Positions 37,670-49,203 of a stretch of 64,000 bases of DNA are shown here, in pieces. Location: contig JAQGDQ010000420.1 in assembly GCA_030141605.1 (NCBI GenBank), positions 138,709 through 202,708 of the forward strand, written 5' to 3'. The notes under the pieces are model-generated. The model saw only the letters and a program-made list of their open reading frames with translations. It was not told the origin of the DNA and searched no databases. The position numbers and the translations under genes are program-made. Position 1 is the first letter of the stretch; the number at the start of each line of letters is the position of its first letter. Origin of the DNA: Tubiluchus corallicola (taxonomy: Eukaryota > Animalia > Priapulida).

Positions 37670-40600
37670 TTTCTGTAAACCATTCTTTATTCTGCTATCA
37701 AGAAGCCAAGTAGACTGATTTTGGTTCAACTAGTAGTCTGTAGAGTATGGGTGACCTTTCCATTTATGGTCTGTATGCATGAATATGATGTACCTTCCAA
37801 CAGGAACTTGAATCTCTGGTCATGTGATTACAGCTCTATTCTCTCAGGCATGCAAGTTTCAGTTGATCTAGAGACAGCATTGAGAAAGGATGCAAATTTT
37901 TTTACTGTTAAATATCATATTGCTAACTTTATGACTGTTTGTTCAACACCAGTTGCATGTTGAGTTTGAAATGCCTAGGTGGAAAAGTTATACCTCATTT
38001 CTAAGGTCTTATTTGTATGTAATACTCACGTTTACAGATCAACACGAAAGGTGCGGTGGAGATTTTAAACGCCGTGCAACGCTAAAACGCAGGCATGTTC
38101 GCCTTTAGATTGGCACAAAGCTTTCTTCGCGCTGTGAGCTATTCGAATAAAGATGCAAGGTACCTATTGGTTACTCGCGTCACGTGACCTGTGATACTGC
38201 CGACTCACCATGGCAATTGTTTGTGTACACTACCAACAATGAAGTTCGCGTTCTAAAGTCCAAACGGAAACAGAATTTTGTTTTTAAAGTTTAATTTTAA
38301 GGATTTTTGCTTATTTTAATTTTTTAACTACCACACGTGTTATATATGAACATTTAATTAGTAAACGCCAACGAAGATGCCAGTGTGTAGTGCACCAGAG
38401 TGCTTGAACACACAAAAGTGTAGGGCCAGAAATAACGTGGCATAGATTTCCGCTGAACTTTTAAGGCATTGGCTACGTAATTTACGCCGCAAAAACTTTC
38501 AACCCGTGAACTCGAGTAAACTCTGTTCTGAACATTTCACCGATGACTGTTTTGTTCTTTGTTCCTAGCATGTATCATGAGATCATGGGCTTGCCGTATA
38601 AAAGAAATAAGCTAAAGTAAGATGCGGTGCCCACTGTTTTCAAGCATCGTCTCAAGATTAAACGACGTGTGCATTCAGAAAAGCGAATTGCAGAGAAGGA
38701 AAGAAAAGAGGTATGAGAAGAAATATTTCGCTTACAAGTAATAATGAATAAAAAACCAACATTTTACCTTCACTATACACATTTGTCTGTAACCGAAATA
38801 AAATTGCCTAAACTTTCCACCTGTACAAGAAAAAAGCTTGTCTCGATTATTCTTAACTAAAGGTTATAATTGTTTACAGTTGCTTGCCAAACTGCTTGAA
38901 AGTCCACAGAGTGAAGAAAAAACCAAAACAAAATTGGTAAGTCTCAGTAACCCGATCATACAAAAATCAGAAGTGATCAGAAGATCAGAAAAAAATTCAT
39001 ACCAAAATTTTAACCATGTTAGCAATAATTGTCTCCTTAAAAGGGAAAAACAATTCTGTGACTGTAAAGTATTTTAAGTCACACTATTCTAACTTCAGCT
39101 AAAGCAATTTGACTGTAATGAGGAGAATACATTTTTTAAAAGAAAACTAGTCTTATTTAAATCTGTGATGCCCTACTATGTCGTGTATTACTAAACACTT
39201 GTACTTTATATGCAGCGCACGAGCACTGAATACCAATAATGCTTGCAATTGAATGAAATATAGCTAATAATCTACAATTGTGCCAATAGCTGTAATATCC
39301 AGGAAATACAGCAATTATGGTCTTATTTTGCTTTTTGTAAATATTGACAATTGTTTCTGTTATACCTACCTGCCTTTTACAGGCAGCAAAGAAACAATAA
39401 TTTTGAATGAGCACCTATGGTATCCATGTTACCATACTAACTCATTTTAAGACAAACTCATCGTGTATATTAATTCTACTGGTATATATATATATATATT
39501 TATCAAACAAAAGGTCTTGATCTAGTGTCATGCCATTGGGGGTTTATTTTTCAAATCGGGCCGAACGGGGGGCAAAAAACCATTTTTCGACCGTTTTTTG
39601 TAAAAGTTATACGTCCGAGATCTGGAGAACTGGAAGGGGCCATGGGTGATGCTGGCCATGGATAGATAGCCCGTTCAGTGATGGGTGTAGTAGGCATATT
39701 TAGAATTTGCAAGAGGGCCACGGCGTCTCCAGTAACAGGCTTTTTCCCCGACCCAACTCGCGATTTTTTCGAAATTTTGCTCAAACAGCATGCGAAAAAA
39801 ACGTTCTAGCGGCACCTGGTGGGACTCTCGGAACGAGATAATGGCTCTTTAGAAAGAGGAAGAACAGGGCTATACGATGATGTAAGCTATATGTTAGGAC
39901 AGTTCTACCAAGAGGAGTGACCACGAGTTAATTAGATGTTCCATTTTTGGCAATTTTCGCTTGGAAAACTGCTGACGCAAACCATTGTTCTGACGTCATC
40001 CATTATACTCTGTCTGTAACCTTATAGCTTTAATTCAGTAAAAGCTGCTGCTGCTGCTGGCTTTTCGCGTGATAAAAACGAGGACTATGTAGGATGTTCG
40101 CGTATATTTGATTATACGTGAATTTGTACGCAAAATTTTTTGCGGGCCTTTGCTAGTTTTATATTATTGTTTCTGTTGTTTTAGCAGACCATCAAAAGGA
40201 CACGGAAGTCAATTGCAGCATCAGCAAAAGATATTTCCAAACGTTACTCTACCTTGTCTTCCACAGAGGTATGTTCATTTATCTGTGTAATTAGTGTGTT
40301 GGATTGACATGAATTAGACTCAATTATTGTGATCTATTATTTAGCTGCAGCAAATTAAAAAGAAGGTAGGTTGATGCAATACACATTTCAAGAATTTGCG
40401 GCATCTTGTAACTTTGTGAAAGCTTTTTGTTTTGCATAAATTTAGTTTTGGTTGTGACTACATTTACAAGTTACACTTAACAGTAACTGTAATCTTATCT
40501 TCTGTATAGATGACTAGAGTACATGCATGTAACCTTCTTAGTTCTAGTGCATGAATTGTGTGCTAAAAATTGTTTTTTTCAGGAATTTCATACGTCATTA

Positions 40601-41557
40601 AAGAAAAAGAAAACAGCAGAAGCTGCCGCAACACGTTCGTCTTTAGGATTACCAGAATTGTATGCTATTACTGAGATGACACCTGTAAGAAAGCAAACTT
40701 TGTATTGCCTGATTTTCTGCCTTGTTTGTAATTTTCCTTTTTAATGCTAAAATGCATATTATGTTTCTGTGAAACCATTATCTATGCAGTGCAGTAGAAT
40801 CTCTTGCTATCGCACGATTAATTATCTAAAAACACTATTTTTACTTAAAATGATCTTACTAACATTAAATAATGGCGAAGACTGACTTGCCAATAAGCTC
40901 CAGAAAATTGATATTTTTGTCAGTCTAGCAAATTGCCTGAAATGAAGGATGTTTGCACAGTTATTTCACTCTTGGTGAAACTTTGCATTGTTGTGCAATT
41001 TACAAAAAAGTTATTAGCTCAAAATCATTTTTACAAGTTTTGTTATGTGGAGTGTGCACAATTGTTAGAACTTTCTGGCAATAAAGAATTATATTTATTA
41101 TTAACAAACAATATAGCTATTTAGTATAGGAACACATATCCTTAAATACCTTCACGTTGTTGGCCTTTTATTGTAAACAGGTCGATCTATGCCAGCACTA
41201 TCCAAGTCAATTTGCAAACAATGTCCAGAAAGAAAAAAAATTGTGCTGATTTAACTACAGTCTTTTTCGCAACATAATTAAAATCCTACATAATTTTGCA
41301 GTTTAATCATCAAATTTCGATTTTTTTTCTTATACAGCGCAGACCAACAGCCATTCCAGCACCAGTTTATGGCACATCTGGGCGTGTTAGGCGTGACCAC
41401 ACATATGCACCGCCTCCACGATCTGCTTCTAAAATGACACGAGTGGCTTCACCTATTGCATTAACATTGGTATAACTTGTTATTTTTGTTCAGGCAATCA
41501 AACTTGGTTGTTTAATGTCACGTGTTAAATTCAAAAGAATGTGCATACATTTGATTA

Positions 41558-42050
41558 CAGTCTAGCCTCGTTATCTCGACCCTCGTTATGCCGCCAAACT
41601 CATCTCTCGCCATAGAAAGTACCAGGACGGATTTCCTGCTTTGATATTTACCTCGTTAAGTCGCCACCCTCGCTTCTCGCCCTCGCCACGTCATGCTAGG
41701 ATGAGTGCTTATGTAAACTATATTCGTTATGTCACCAAACAGACAAACTCAGAGGTGAATCGATCAATACATATACCGCGTGTCGATCAATATAACTGCG
41801 GTATGTAGACAATGCTGCTGTACTCTATAGACAGACATAATTAATCTAGTGTGTGTCTCACCAGGATTAGATTAGGAGTGCTGTGGTTGGTTAATGCGCA
41901 GGTTAATGTACATAGAGGAACACTATGTTAATCAACTATTATGTATATACATATAGACTAACTTCGTTATATTCCCGTTATCTCGCCATACTCGCCTCTC
42001 GCCAAAAATTTGCCCTAGACGGACAGTGGCGAGATAACGAGGCTAGACTG
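41558..42050. mobile_element. Tc1/mariner-type MITE nested in a Kolobok intron
   Basis: Perfect TIR CAGTCTAGCCTCGTTATCTCG with TA flanks. Confidence 0.9.
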
Positions 42051-42161
42051 TATAATGTAATGTAGACCTAGTCTGTAGATACATGCCATGGCTTATTTCT
42101 AAAAACTTTCTAAATGTCAGTTCACTCAATTTGAAGTTTTACTTGCTGTTATACGTGAATA

Positions 42162-42280
42162 ACTATGGCCATATCACGCTGAAAACACCGGTTCTCGTCT
42201 GATCACCGAAGTTAAGCAACGTAGAGCTTGGTTAGTACTTGGATGGGTGACTGCCTAGGAATATCAGGTGCTGTAGGCTT
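42162..42280 (+). rRNA. 5S rRNA-derived sequence (SINE head / pseudogene, not a functional 5S gene)
   Basis: GGCCATATCACGCTGAAAACACCGGTTCTCGTCTGATCACCGAAGTTAAGC..TTAGTACTTGGATGGGTGAC..GGTGCTGTAGGCTT. Several transitions relative to canonical metazoan 5S, and no T4 terminator. Confidence 0.85.
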
Positions 42281-42715
42281 GCGGGATGCCCACACTGTAT
42301 CTCGACACTAGGCGGAGGAGCTGCACAAGCAGACAACGGCTAGAGAGCGGAGGAGGTCAAGTGACCCAACGGCCATGTGTAGAGGAGTAAACCTTCCAAA
42401 TCAGGAGTGGGGCCCCGAAGGCGGGACCAGTGCAGCATGCTCACTGACTCCGGCAGCTCCTGCAGCCACCCTGGTGCCAAATGTATCCCTCCGCTTTCCT
42501 TTGGACTACACCAGGGAGAAAGAGAGGGGGTTCCTGTTGCCTGGGCAACTCAGGATTTCCATACACCTTGCCCAGGCATGCGCACTGGAAACGTTCAAGG
42601 ATCGCACTGCTCAGCCACAGTCGACGCTGCAGCTCCATCAATGTGATCAATAACTGACTCTCTTGGCGCACACTCCATTGTCTTCCGAGACAGAAGGATG
42701 CCAACAACAACAGTG
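42162..42715 (+). mobile_element. 5S rRNA-derived SINE (SINE3) with RTE-type 3' tail
   Basis: 42162-42280 is a full-length diverged 5S sequence, followed by a GC-rich body and tail ..RIALLSHSRRC..CCATTGTCTTCCGAGACAGAAGGATGCC(AAC)n. 10-bp TSD TACGTGAATA at 42152-42161 and 42716-42725. Confidence 0.85.
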
Positions 42716-44744
42716 TACGTGAATACCTTTAAATATAATAACGTGATTAATTAATCAAACATTAATTGTAATGAATACTTGTTTATAGTTTATACTGACC
42801 AGTGTTGATAGTGTGCTTACACTGTTACTTATTTTTCAGGAGTCCCAACGACCAACAGCTGCATCTGAACTGAGCTATGGAACACCGGGACATATTCAAA
42901 TTGAACATTCGTATGCACCAAACATGGAATCACCATCCACATCTGCAGGAGCCGTATCACCTTATCTGAAGGACATGCCATCATCTTCATCCTCTTCCAC
43001 ACCAGAGTCTGCTTCTGACATAGAGTACAGTCCAAAAAATAGTGAAGAAAGTCATACACAAACACCTGTAAAGCAGATTAGTGGGCAGGAAGGCAAATAT
43101 ACTGTGTTTGAATCCAATCTTATGGAATTATTCAATTTTTGCAAAGTCTGTGGTCTCACTATTGTCTACAAGGAAACTTCCACATTAGGATCTATGCTAA
43201 CTGTTAAAGTGGAGTGTCATGCTGGACACATATATAGTTGGAAGTCACAACCTTTACAACATCAGATGCCAATGAGCAACTTACTAATTACTGCTGCGGC
43301 TACATTATTTACAGGAGCCACTTACACCATTATACACGATAACGCTAAAGCTATTAATTTGTAACTTTTTTCAAAAACAACGTTCCTTAAAATTCTGAAA
43401 AGTCAACTCTTTCCCGTTATTCAAGAAGCTTGGTCTCTCACAATATAATGCACTCAAACACCTTCAACAAGAAACGCTTATACTAGCTGGTGATGCACGC
43501 AGTGACAGTCCTGGGCACTCTGCCAAATACAGTGCTACTCCCTTATGCATGCTGATGGGAGACAAATCCCGGGAACGAGAAAAATTGTTGATGTACAAGT
43601 ATCTGAGGTTTGTTTTTTTCAACATTACATTACAGGATAACTACAACAGCAACTGTTAAAAGACATTCTAAATTTACACCAAGACATTTCAATCACAATT
43701 TGACAAGTAATAAAAGCATCAGTTGACGGCCTGAACTATTTCTGTTTGCAAAAAATTAAATAAGTAGTAACATACTGATAACACATATTATGGGATATTA
43801 ATTCGATATCTGTTTTCTTTGCATAGGTTAAAAACTCAAACACTATGGAGCCGGAAGGTCTCAGGAGATCATTGAATAGGCTGAAACATGATAACATTAA
43901 GCCATGCATTTTAGCAACGGATCGCCACACCACTGTAACATCAATAATGAAGAAAGAATTCCCTGATATAACTCATGAGTTTGACATGTGGCATGTTGCC
44001 AAGAATGTTACTAAAAACCTCGCAGCAAACACAAAATCAAAATCTTGCAAGACCTAGGTCCATGGATCCAAAGCATTTGTAATCACTTGTGGTGGTGTTG
44101 CGGAATGTGCAAAGGAGATCCCCAATTGCTAAGGTAAGCTTGTAAAAAAAGTTAATGTCTTTTAGTATTCAAATCGTGAATTTTTACAGATATTTGTTGA
44201 TTATAGAAAAATTTCAATTAATCCTGACATTATTTTCTGCAGGGAAATGTGGATCTCTATTTTGAACCACATATCCAATAAACACAGTTGGGTTGGTGAT
44301 GTGCTGTACCACAAATGTGCTCATGAGTTGCTGAAGAAAGAACTACATCATGGCCAGAGGCAGGGTCACCACCTCATAAAGCTCTACAAGCTGTTGTTTT
44401 GGATAAAAGCTTAATGAAGGCTTTACCACTCCTAGTAAACTTTTGCCATACTGGGGAACTTGAGGTGTTCCATAGCTTGGTACTGAAGTATTGTAGCAAG
44501 CGGCAGCATTTTCCTTATTCAGGTATGTTTTCCAACTATAGGGTTCATGTACAGTAGTCGCATGACGTTTGTCCAAAAAAAACGAAAATATTTATATTAT
44601 GGTGTAATTTAAATGAAAAGTAGAGTTTATTTTAATTCAAAAACTCTGAACACTGTTGTCAAAACTGTTTCTAGATAAATATATTGATTGAAAACTAGCT
44701 ACTTTGTCTGAAATGCCTAAAGTACAATGGATATTTAAGTGATA

Positions 44745-44779
<35 letters not shown>

Positions 44780-46623
44780 CGTGTCTGAAAATGACAAAGT
44801 AATATATTTACAGTGTTTTCAACTGCCTTCATCACAATTAATAATATATGTTATTGCTGACCAATGTATGAAAAATAGAAATAGCACAAGATCCTTATAA
44901 TTTACATTATAATTGAATATTTAACATAAACATTGAATCAGACATTTTAAGAAAGAAGAAACCATTGAGTGGTAAGCTTACATGATTTCGTTTGATTTTA
45001 GGAATGAAAGCAAGGCATTTGCTTGCTGCACTCCACTGGAATAGTCTCCAAGAAATGCCAATTGATCCACAGATCACAAAACACGATGTCATTTACTCCA
45101 GAAAAAGGAAAACATGGGACCTACGTTCTCCGCAGCAGAGTAAACCTAGTCATGCTATAAATTTAGTAAACAAAGTTGTGGAAGTGCACAGATTAAAAGT
45201 TGATTTGCCCCCCCCCCCATAAGTGTTCCAGTTTCAAAAGAACCAAAGCCAACGCAACAGGAATTAAAAGAAAAACACCACGCTCGTTTAACTGTTCAAG
45301 AGTGAAATGGAAGAGAAACGTCATAGTTTTATTATAGTTATTGAGCAATTGAGTTCATTCGCTGGTACTCTCACTTTTGATATAAATTATTCACCCTGAT
45401 AAATTTGGGTAGCTCTTCATGAAGCCAGCAATCAGAATGAACACAACATTCCGGACAAATTATATCCGTCAAAATATTATATACTTAAGGTATCATTTTA
45501 AGCAAAATATTATATAATAATTATCAAAGTCATTATCAACAACATTATTAGCAAAATATCAATGCATCCACAAACAAGTTTTTTTGTTTCCAATTTTTTA
45601 CTGAGGTTCGGTTTCCTCAAATTTTATTTTATTTTACATTTTTTATTTTTTTTTTGTTTTACATTTTTTAATTTTTTTTGTTTTACATTTTTTAATTTTT
45701 TAATTTTTCGTCCAATTTTTTACCGAGCTTAGGTATGCTCTCATCGTATCTTCTCATCGTAATCCTTCTTCTACTACTCCTTCTACTCCTGCAAAACACA
45801 GAAAAATCCAAAACTTAGACAAAACTGATAATTATATGAATTAAAAGTACACATTAACTTCACATTAAAAATTATAATACCTTAAGTAACACACATACAA
45901 TAGATGACAGTAGTCATAAATTACAATACTGTGTTTGTTTTGTTAAACAGAAACGAGCAGCCAATACTAGTTACTACTAACGTATTATTAATTATGCACA
46001 GAGACCCATTCGCAGTGAAGCCTAACTATTGAAGTTTAGTGAAGCCGGGGACTAAAGAAGCCACAGTAGCGTAAGCAATAAAAATTCGAAGTTAGTTGTT
46101 TACCAAAGGTCTAAAAAAGGGAAGACAGGTTGGTCTTTCCGTCAACTAAGCCAACAAAAGCTGACAAGTAATTGAGTGTCTTCCACTCATTCGTAAACTT
46201 GCAAATGATCGTGGGACATCATCATTATATTCGGAATCCTTTACGTACAATAGCTGGACGCCATGTTTAATTCTCCTCTCTAGATTGTATATATGAAGGT
46301 GACAGCATGAACCAAAGGTGTAATCGCTTGCAGGAAACTATCCTTCTGGTACATGCTGGTATATCTGATTTGACAGAACTGATCAAATAAACAGTCTCTA
46401 TCCTATTTCCAATTTCCTAATTCCATAATTTTTAATCGTTTTCTGTAGAAATTTTTTAGGAGTTTAGCGAAAGCAGCGCCATGAAGCAACTAGTGTCATA
46501 TTTGCATCCTCTCCCCTGAATGTTTGTGTCTCGTCATGTGGAAAAACTACGAGAAATTTTAGTACATGCACTACACTGAAACTACCATGTACAATAAAGA
46601 AGTGATTTGAAACCAAGTCTTAC

Positions 46624-46739
46624 CATTGCCCCTATACGTTCACCTGTCCTGGCAGCGATCATCCGAAAATGGTCACCGCCAGCTCTTCGTTCAGTTTTCT
46701 TTCTGTTTCCTTGTTCCTTCTCTCCTTTTCTTTTCCATC
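46624..46739 (-). pseudogene. Unidentified exon, copy B, with premature stop (TGG>TGA at the conserved Trp)
   Basis: Near-identical to copy C but reads GGA TGA TCG instead of GGA TGG TCG. Confidence 0.5.
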
Positions 46740-48067
46740 CTACAGAAAAAAAACGTATTAGTAAATTCTCAAGTCTAAAAAGCATCGTGCCGTTGTAGTG
46801 TAGGGTTTAGCATGGAGTCTGGGAGAGAAGAAGACCATGGTGCGAGTCCCAGTGCAGATATGAAACTGCTTGAGACTTACTAATTAACATTTTGCTTACA
46901 GCAGAATCTTCTTGATATACACCAGGTCTTTATTTTTATTTATTTATTGTTAGTCTTCCGTTTTGTTTCTTTAAAAACTCGTACACGCACGGGGCTGGGG
47001 GCGGAGGGTCACAAAACACAGGGCTAGATGTTCACGAAGCAAAATATCAATGCATCCACAAACAAGTTTTTTTGGTCCAATTTTTTATTGAGGTTCGGTT
47101 TCATCGAAATGTTTTTTTATTTTACATTTTTTTTATTTTTTTTGTTTTACATTTTTTAATTTTTTTGTTTTACATTTTTTATTTTCTTTTAAATTTTTTA
47201 ATTTTGTGTCCAATTTTTTTACGAGCTTAGGGATGCTCGTCCCTCTTCTTCTACTCCTGCAAAACACAGAAAAATCCAAAACTTAGACAAAACTGATAAT
47301 TATATGAATTAGAAGTACACATTAACTTCATATTAAAAATTATAATACCTTAAGTAACACACATACAATAGATGACAGTAGTCATAAATTACAATACTGT
47401 GTTTGTTTTGTTAAACAGAAACGAGCAGCCGATACTAGTTACTACTGACGTATTATTAATTATGCACAGAGACCCACTCGCAGTGAAGCCGGGGACTAAA
47501 GAAGCCACAGTAGCGTAAGCAATAAAAATTCGAAGTTAGTTGTTTACCAAAGGTCTAAAAAAGGGAAGACAGGTTGGTCTTTCCGTCAACTAAGCCAGCC
47601 AAAGCTGACAATTAATTGAGTGTCTTCCACTCATTCTTAAACTTGCAAATGATCATGGGACATCATCATTATATTCGGAATCCTTTACGTACAATAGCTG
47701 GACGCCATCTTTAATTCTCCTCTTTAGATTCTATATATGAAGGTGACAACATGAACCAATGGTGTAATTGCTTGCAGGAAACTATCCTTCTGGTACATGC
47801 TGGTATATCTGATTTGACAGAACTGATCAAATAAACAGTCTCTATCCTATTTCCAATTTCCTAATTCCATAATTTTTAATCATTTTCTGTAGAAATTTTT
47901 TAGGAGTTTAGCAAAAGCAACGCCATGAAGCAACTAGTGTCATATTTGCATCCTCTCCCCTGAATGTTTGTGTCTCGTCATGTGGAAAAACTACGAGAAA
48001 TTTTAGTACATGCACTACACTGAAACTACCATGTACAATAAAGAAGTGATTTGAAACCAAGTCTTAC

Positions 48068-48183
48068 CATTGCCCCTATACGTTCACCTGTCCTGGCAGC
48101 GACCATCCGAAAATGGTCACTGCCAGCTCTTCGTTCAGTTTTCTTTCTGTTTCCTTGTTCCTTCTCTCCTTTTCTTTTCCATC
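48068..48183 (-). CDS. Unidentified coding exon, copy C (DGKEKERRNKETERKLNEELAVTIFGWSLPGQVNV*)
   Basis: Same splice signals as copy A; 18-nt in-frame indel relative to copy A in the charged region. Confidence 0.5.
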
Positions 48184-49203
48184 CTACAGAAAAAAACGTA
48201 TTAGTAAATTCTCAAGTCTAAAAAGCATCGTGCCGTTGTAGTGTAGGGTTTAGCATGGAGTCCGGGAGAGAAGAAGACCGTGGTGCGAGTCCCAGTGCAG
48301 ATGTGAAACTGCTTGAGACTTACTAATTAACATTTTGCTTACAGCAGAATCTTCTTGATATACACCAGGTCTTTATTTTTATTTATTTATTGTTAGTCTT
48401 CCGTTTTGTTTCTTTAAAAACTCGTACACGCACGGGGCTGCAGGGTCACAAAACACAGGGCTAGATGTTCACGAAGCAAAATATCAATGCATCCACAAAC
48501 AAGTTTTTTTGGTTCAATTTTTTATTGAGGTTTGGTTTCCTCGAAATGTTTTTTTTATTTTACATTTTTTAATTTTTTTGGTTTTACATTTTTTAATTTT
48601 TTTTACATTTCTTATTTTTTTTAATTTTTTAATTTTGTGTCCTATTTTTTTATGAGCTTCGGGATGCTCGTCCCTCTTCTTCTACTATTTTTTCAAACAT
48701 ATCTTTCAGCAATTCGTGTTCAAAGAAAATTTAGCTATGGCAGGTTCCCAGTTTCAATTTCTGTTCCAAAATTAATGATTGGATTAAGAAATTTTATTTA
48801 ATGTGATTAGTGTAAATTCGTTAGCACTACTGCAACTGTGTCAACACGTATCAGTATATGTATGAATATCCATACACAAAAATGTTTGAATGTGTATACT
48901 GGTAATGCAATTTCTGCTTATCTTGGTCATGGAAAATCAATATTTGGTCAGGGAAAAGTCGTGGAAAAGTCAGGGAAATTTATTTTTAAATTCTGTGGGA
49001 ACGCTGTTTTAGGATCAAATCCTTCTATAAAAGCCATCCAGAGCATTGGGTAACATTTCTCATTCTGCTTTTGACTGTGCATAATCTCTGAGTCAGATAA
49101 TCTGTTAATGGTATAGTTACATATTGTTACATTGTGCATTAATGCATTATAAATACATATTAACTCATTATAAATACATTGTGTCGTTGTTTATGATTCT
49201 TAA

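Larger units (their letters stand above)
38377..45305 (+). mobile_element. Decayed multi-exon THAP + DDE transposase, Kolobok-type
   Basis: THAP exon 38377-38710 (MPVCSAPEC..W..LCSEHF..DAVPTVF, with stops and frameshifts). Further exons 40188-40268, 40583-40684, 41338-41469, 42840-43607, 43827-44133, 44243-44522, 45002-45305. Motifs GDARSDSPGHSAKY, MEPEGL, ATDRH, FDMWH, NHLWW, HTGELEVFHS, LAALHWN. Several stops and frameshifts; termini not identified. Confidence 0.8.
45551..48688. repeat. Tandem duplication of a ~1.45-1.5 kb unit (two full copies and a partial third)
   Basis: GCAAAATATCAATGCATCCACAAACAAG starts units at ~45551, ~47039 and ~48476; the units are near-identical. The right third of the unit also recurs at ~32565-33050. 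Confidence 0.95.

Noticed and set aside
42162-42280. Functional 5S rRNA gene
   Set aside because: Single copy with many substitutions and no terminator, fused to an RTE tail and bounded by a TSD.
45370-45470. Minus-strand Cys-rich stretch ICPECCVHSDCWLHEE as KolX or a PHD finger (similarly EVCSSC..DDDEW at ~34230-34296)
   Set aside because: Too short, and lacks the remaining conserved residues; cannot be supported without a profile search.
46582-46798. ORF-track peptides over the duplicated exon
   Set aside because: These frames run through splice sites and are not conserved in the 32.6-kb copy. Only the DGKE..IFGWSLPGQV frame shows synonymous changes.
48290-48315. Hammerhead ribozyme in the repeated cassette (GAAAC present)
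   Set aside because: No CUGANGA core at a compatible position on either strand.
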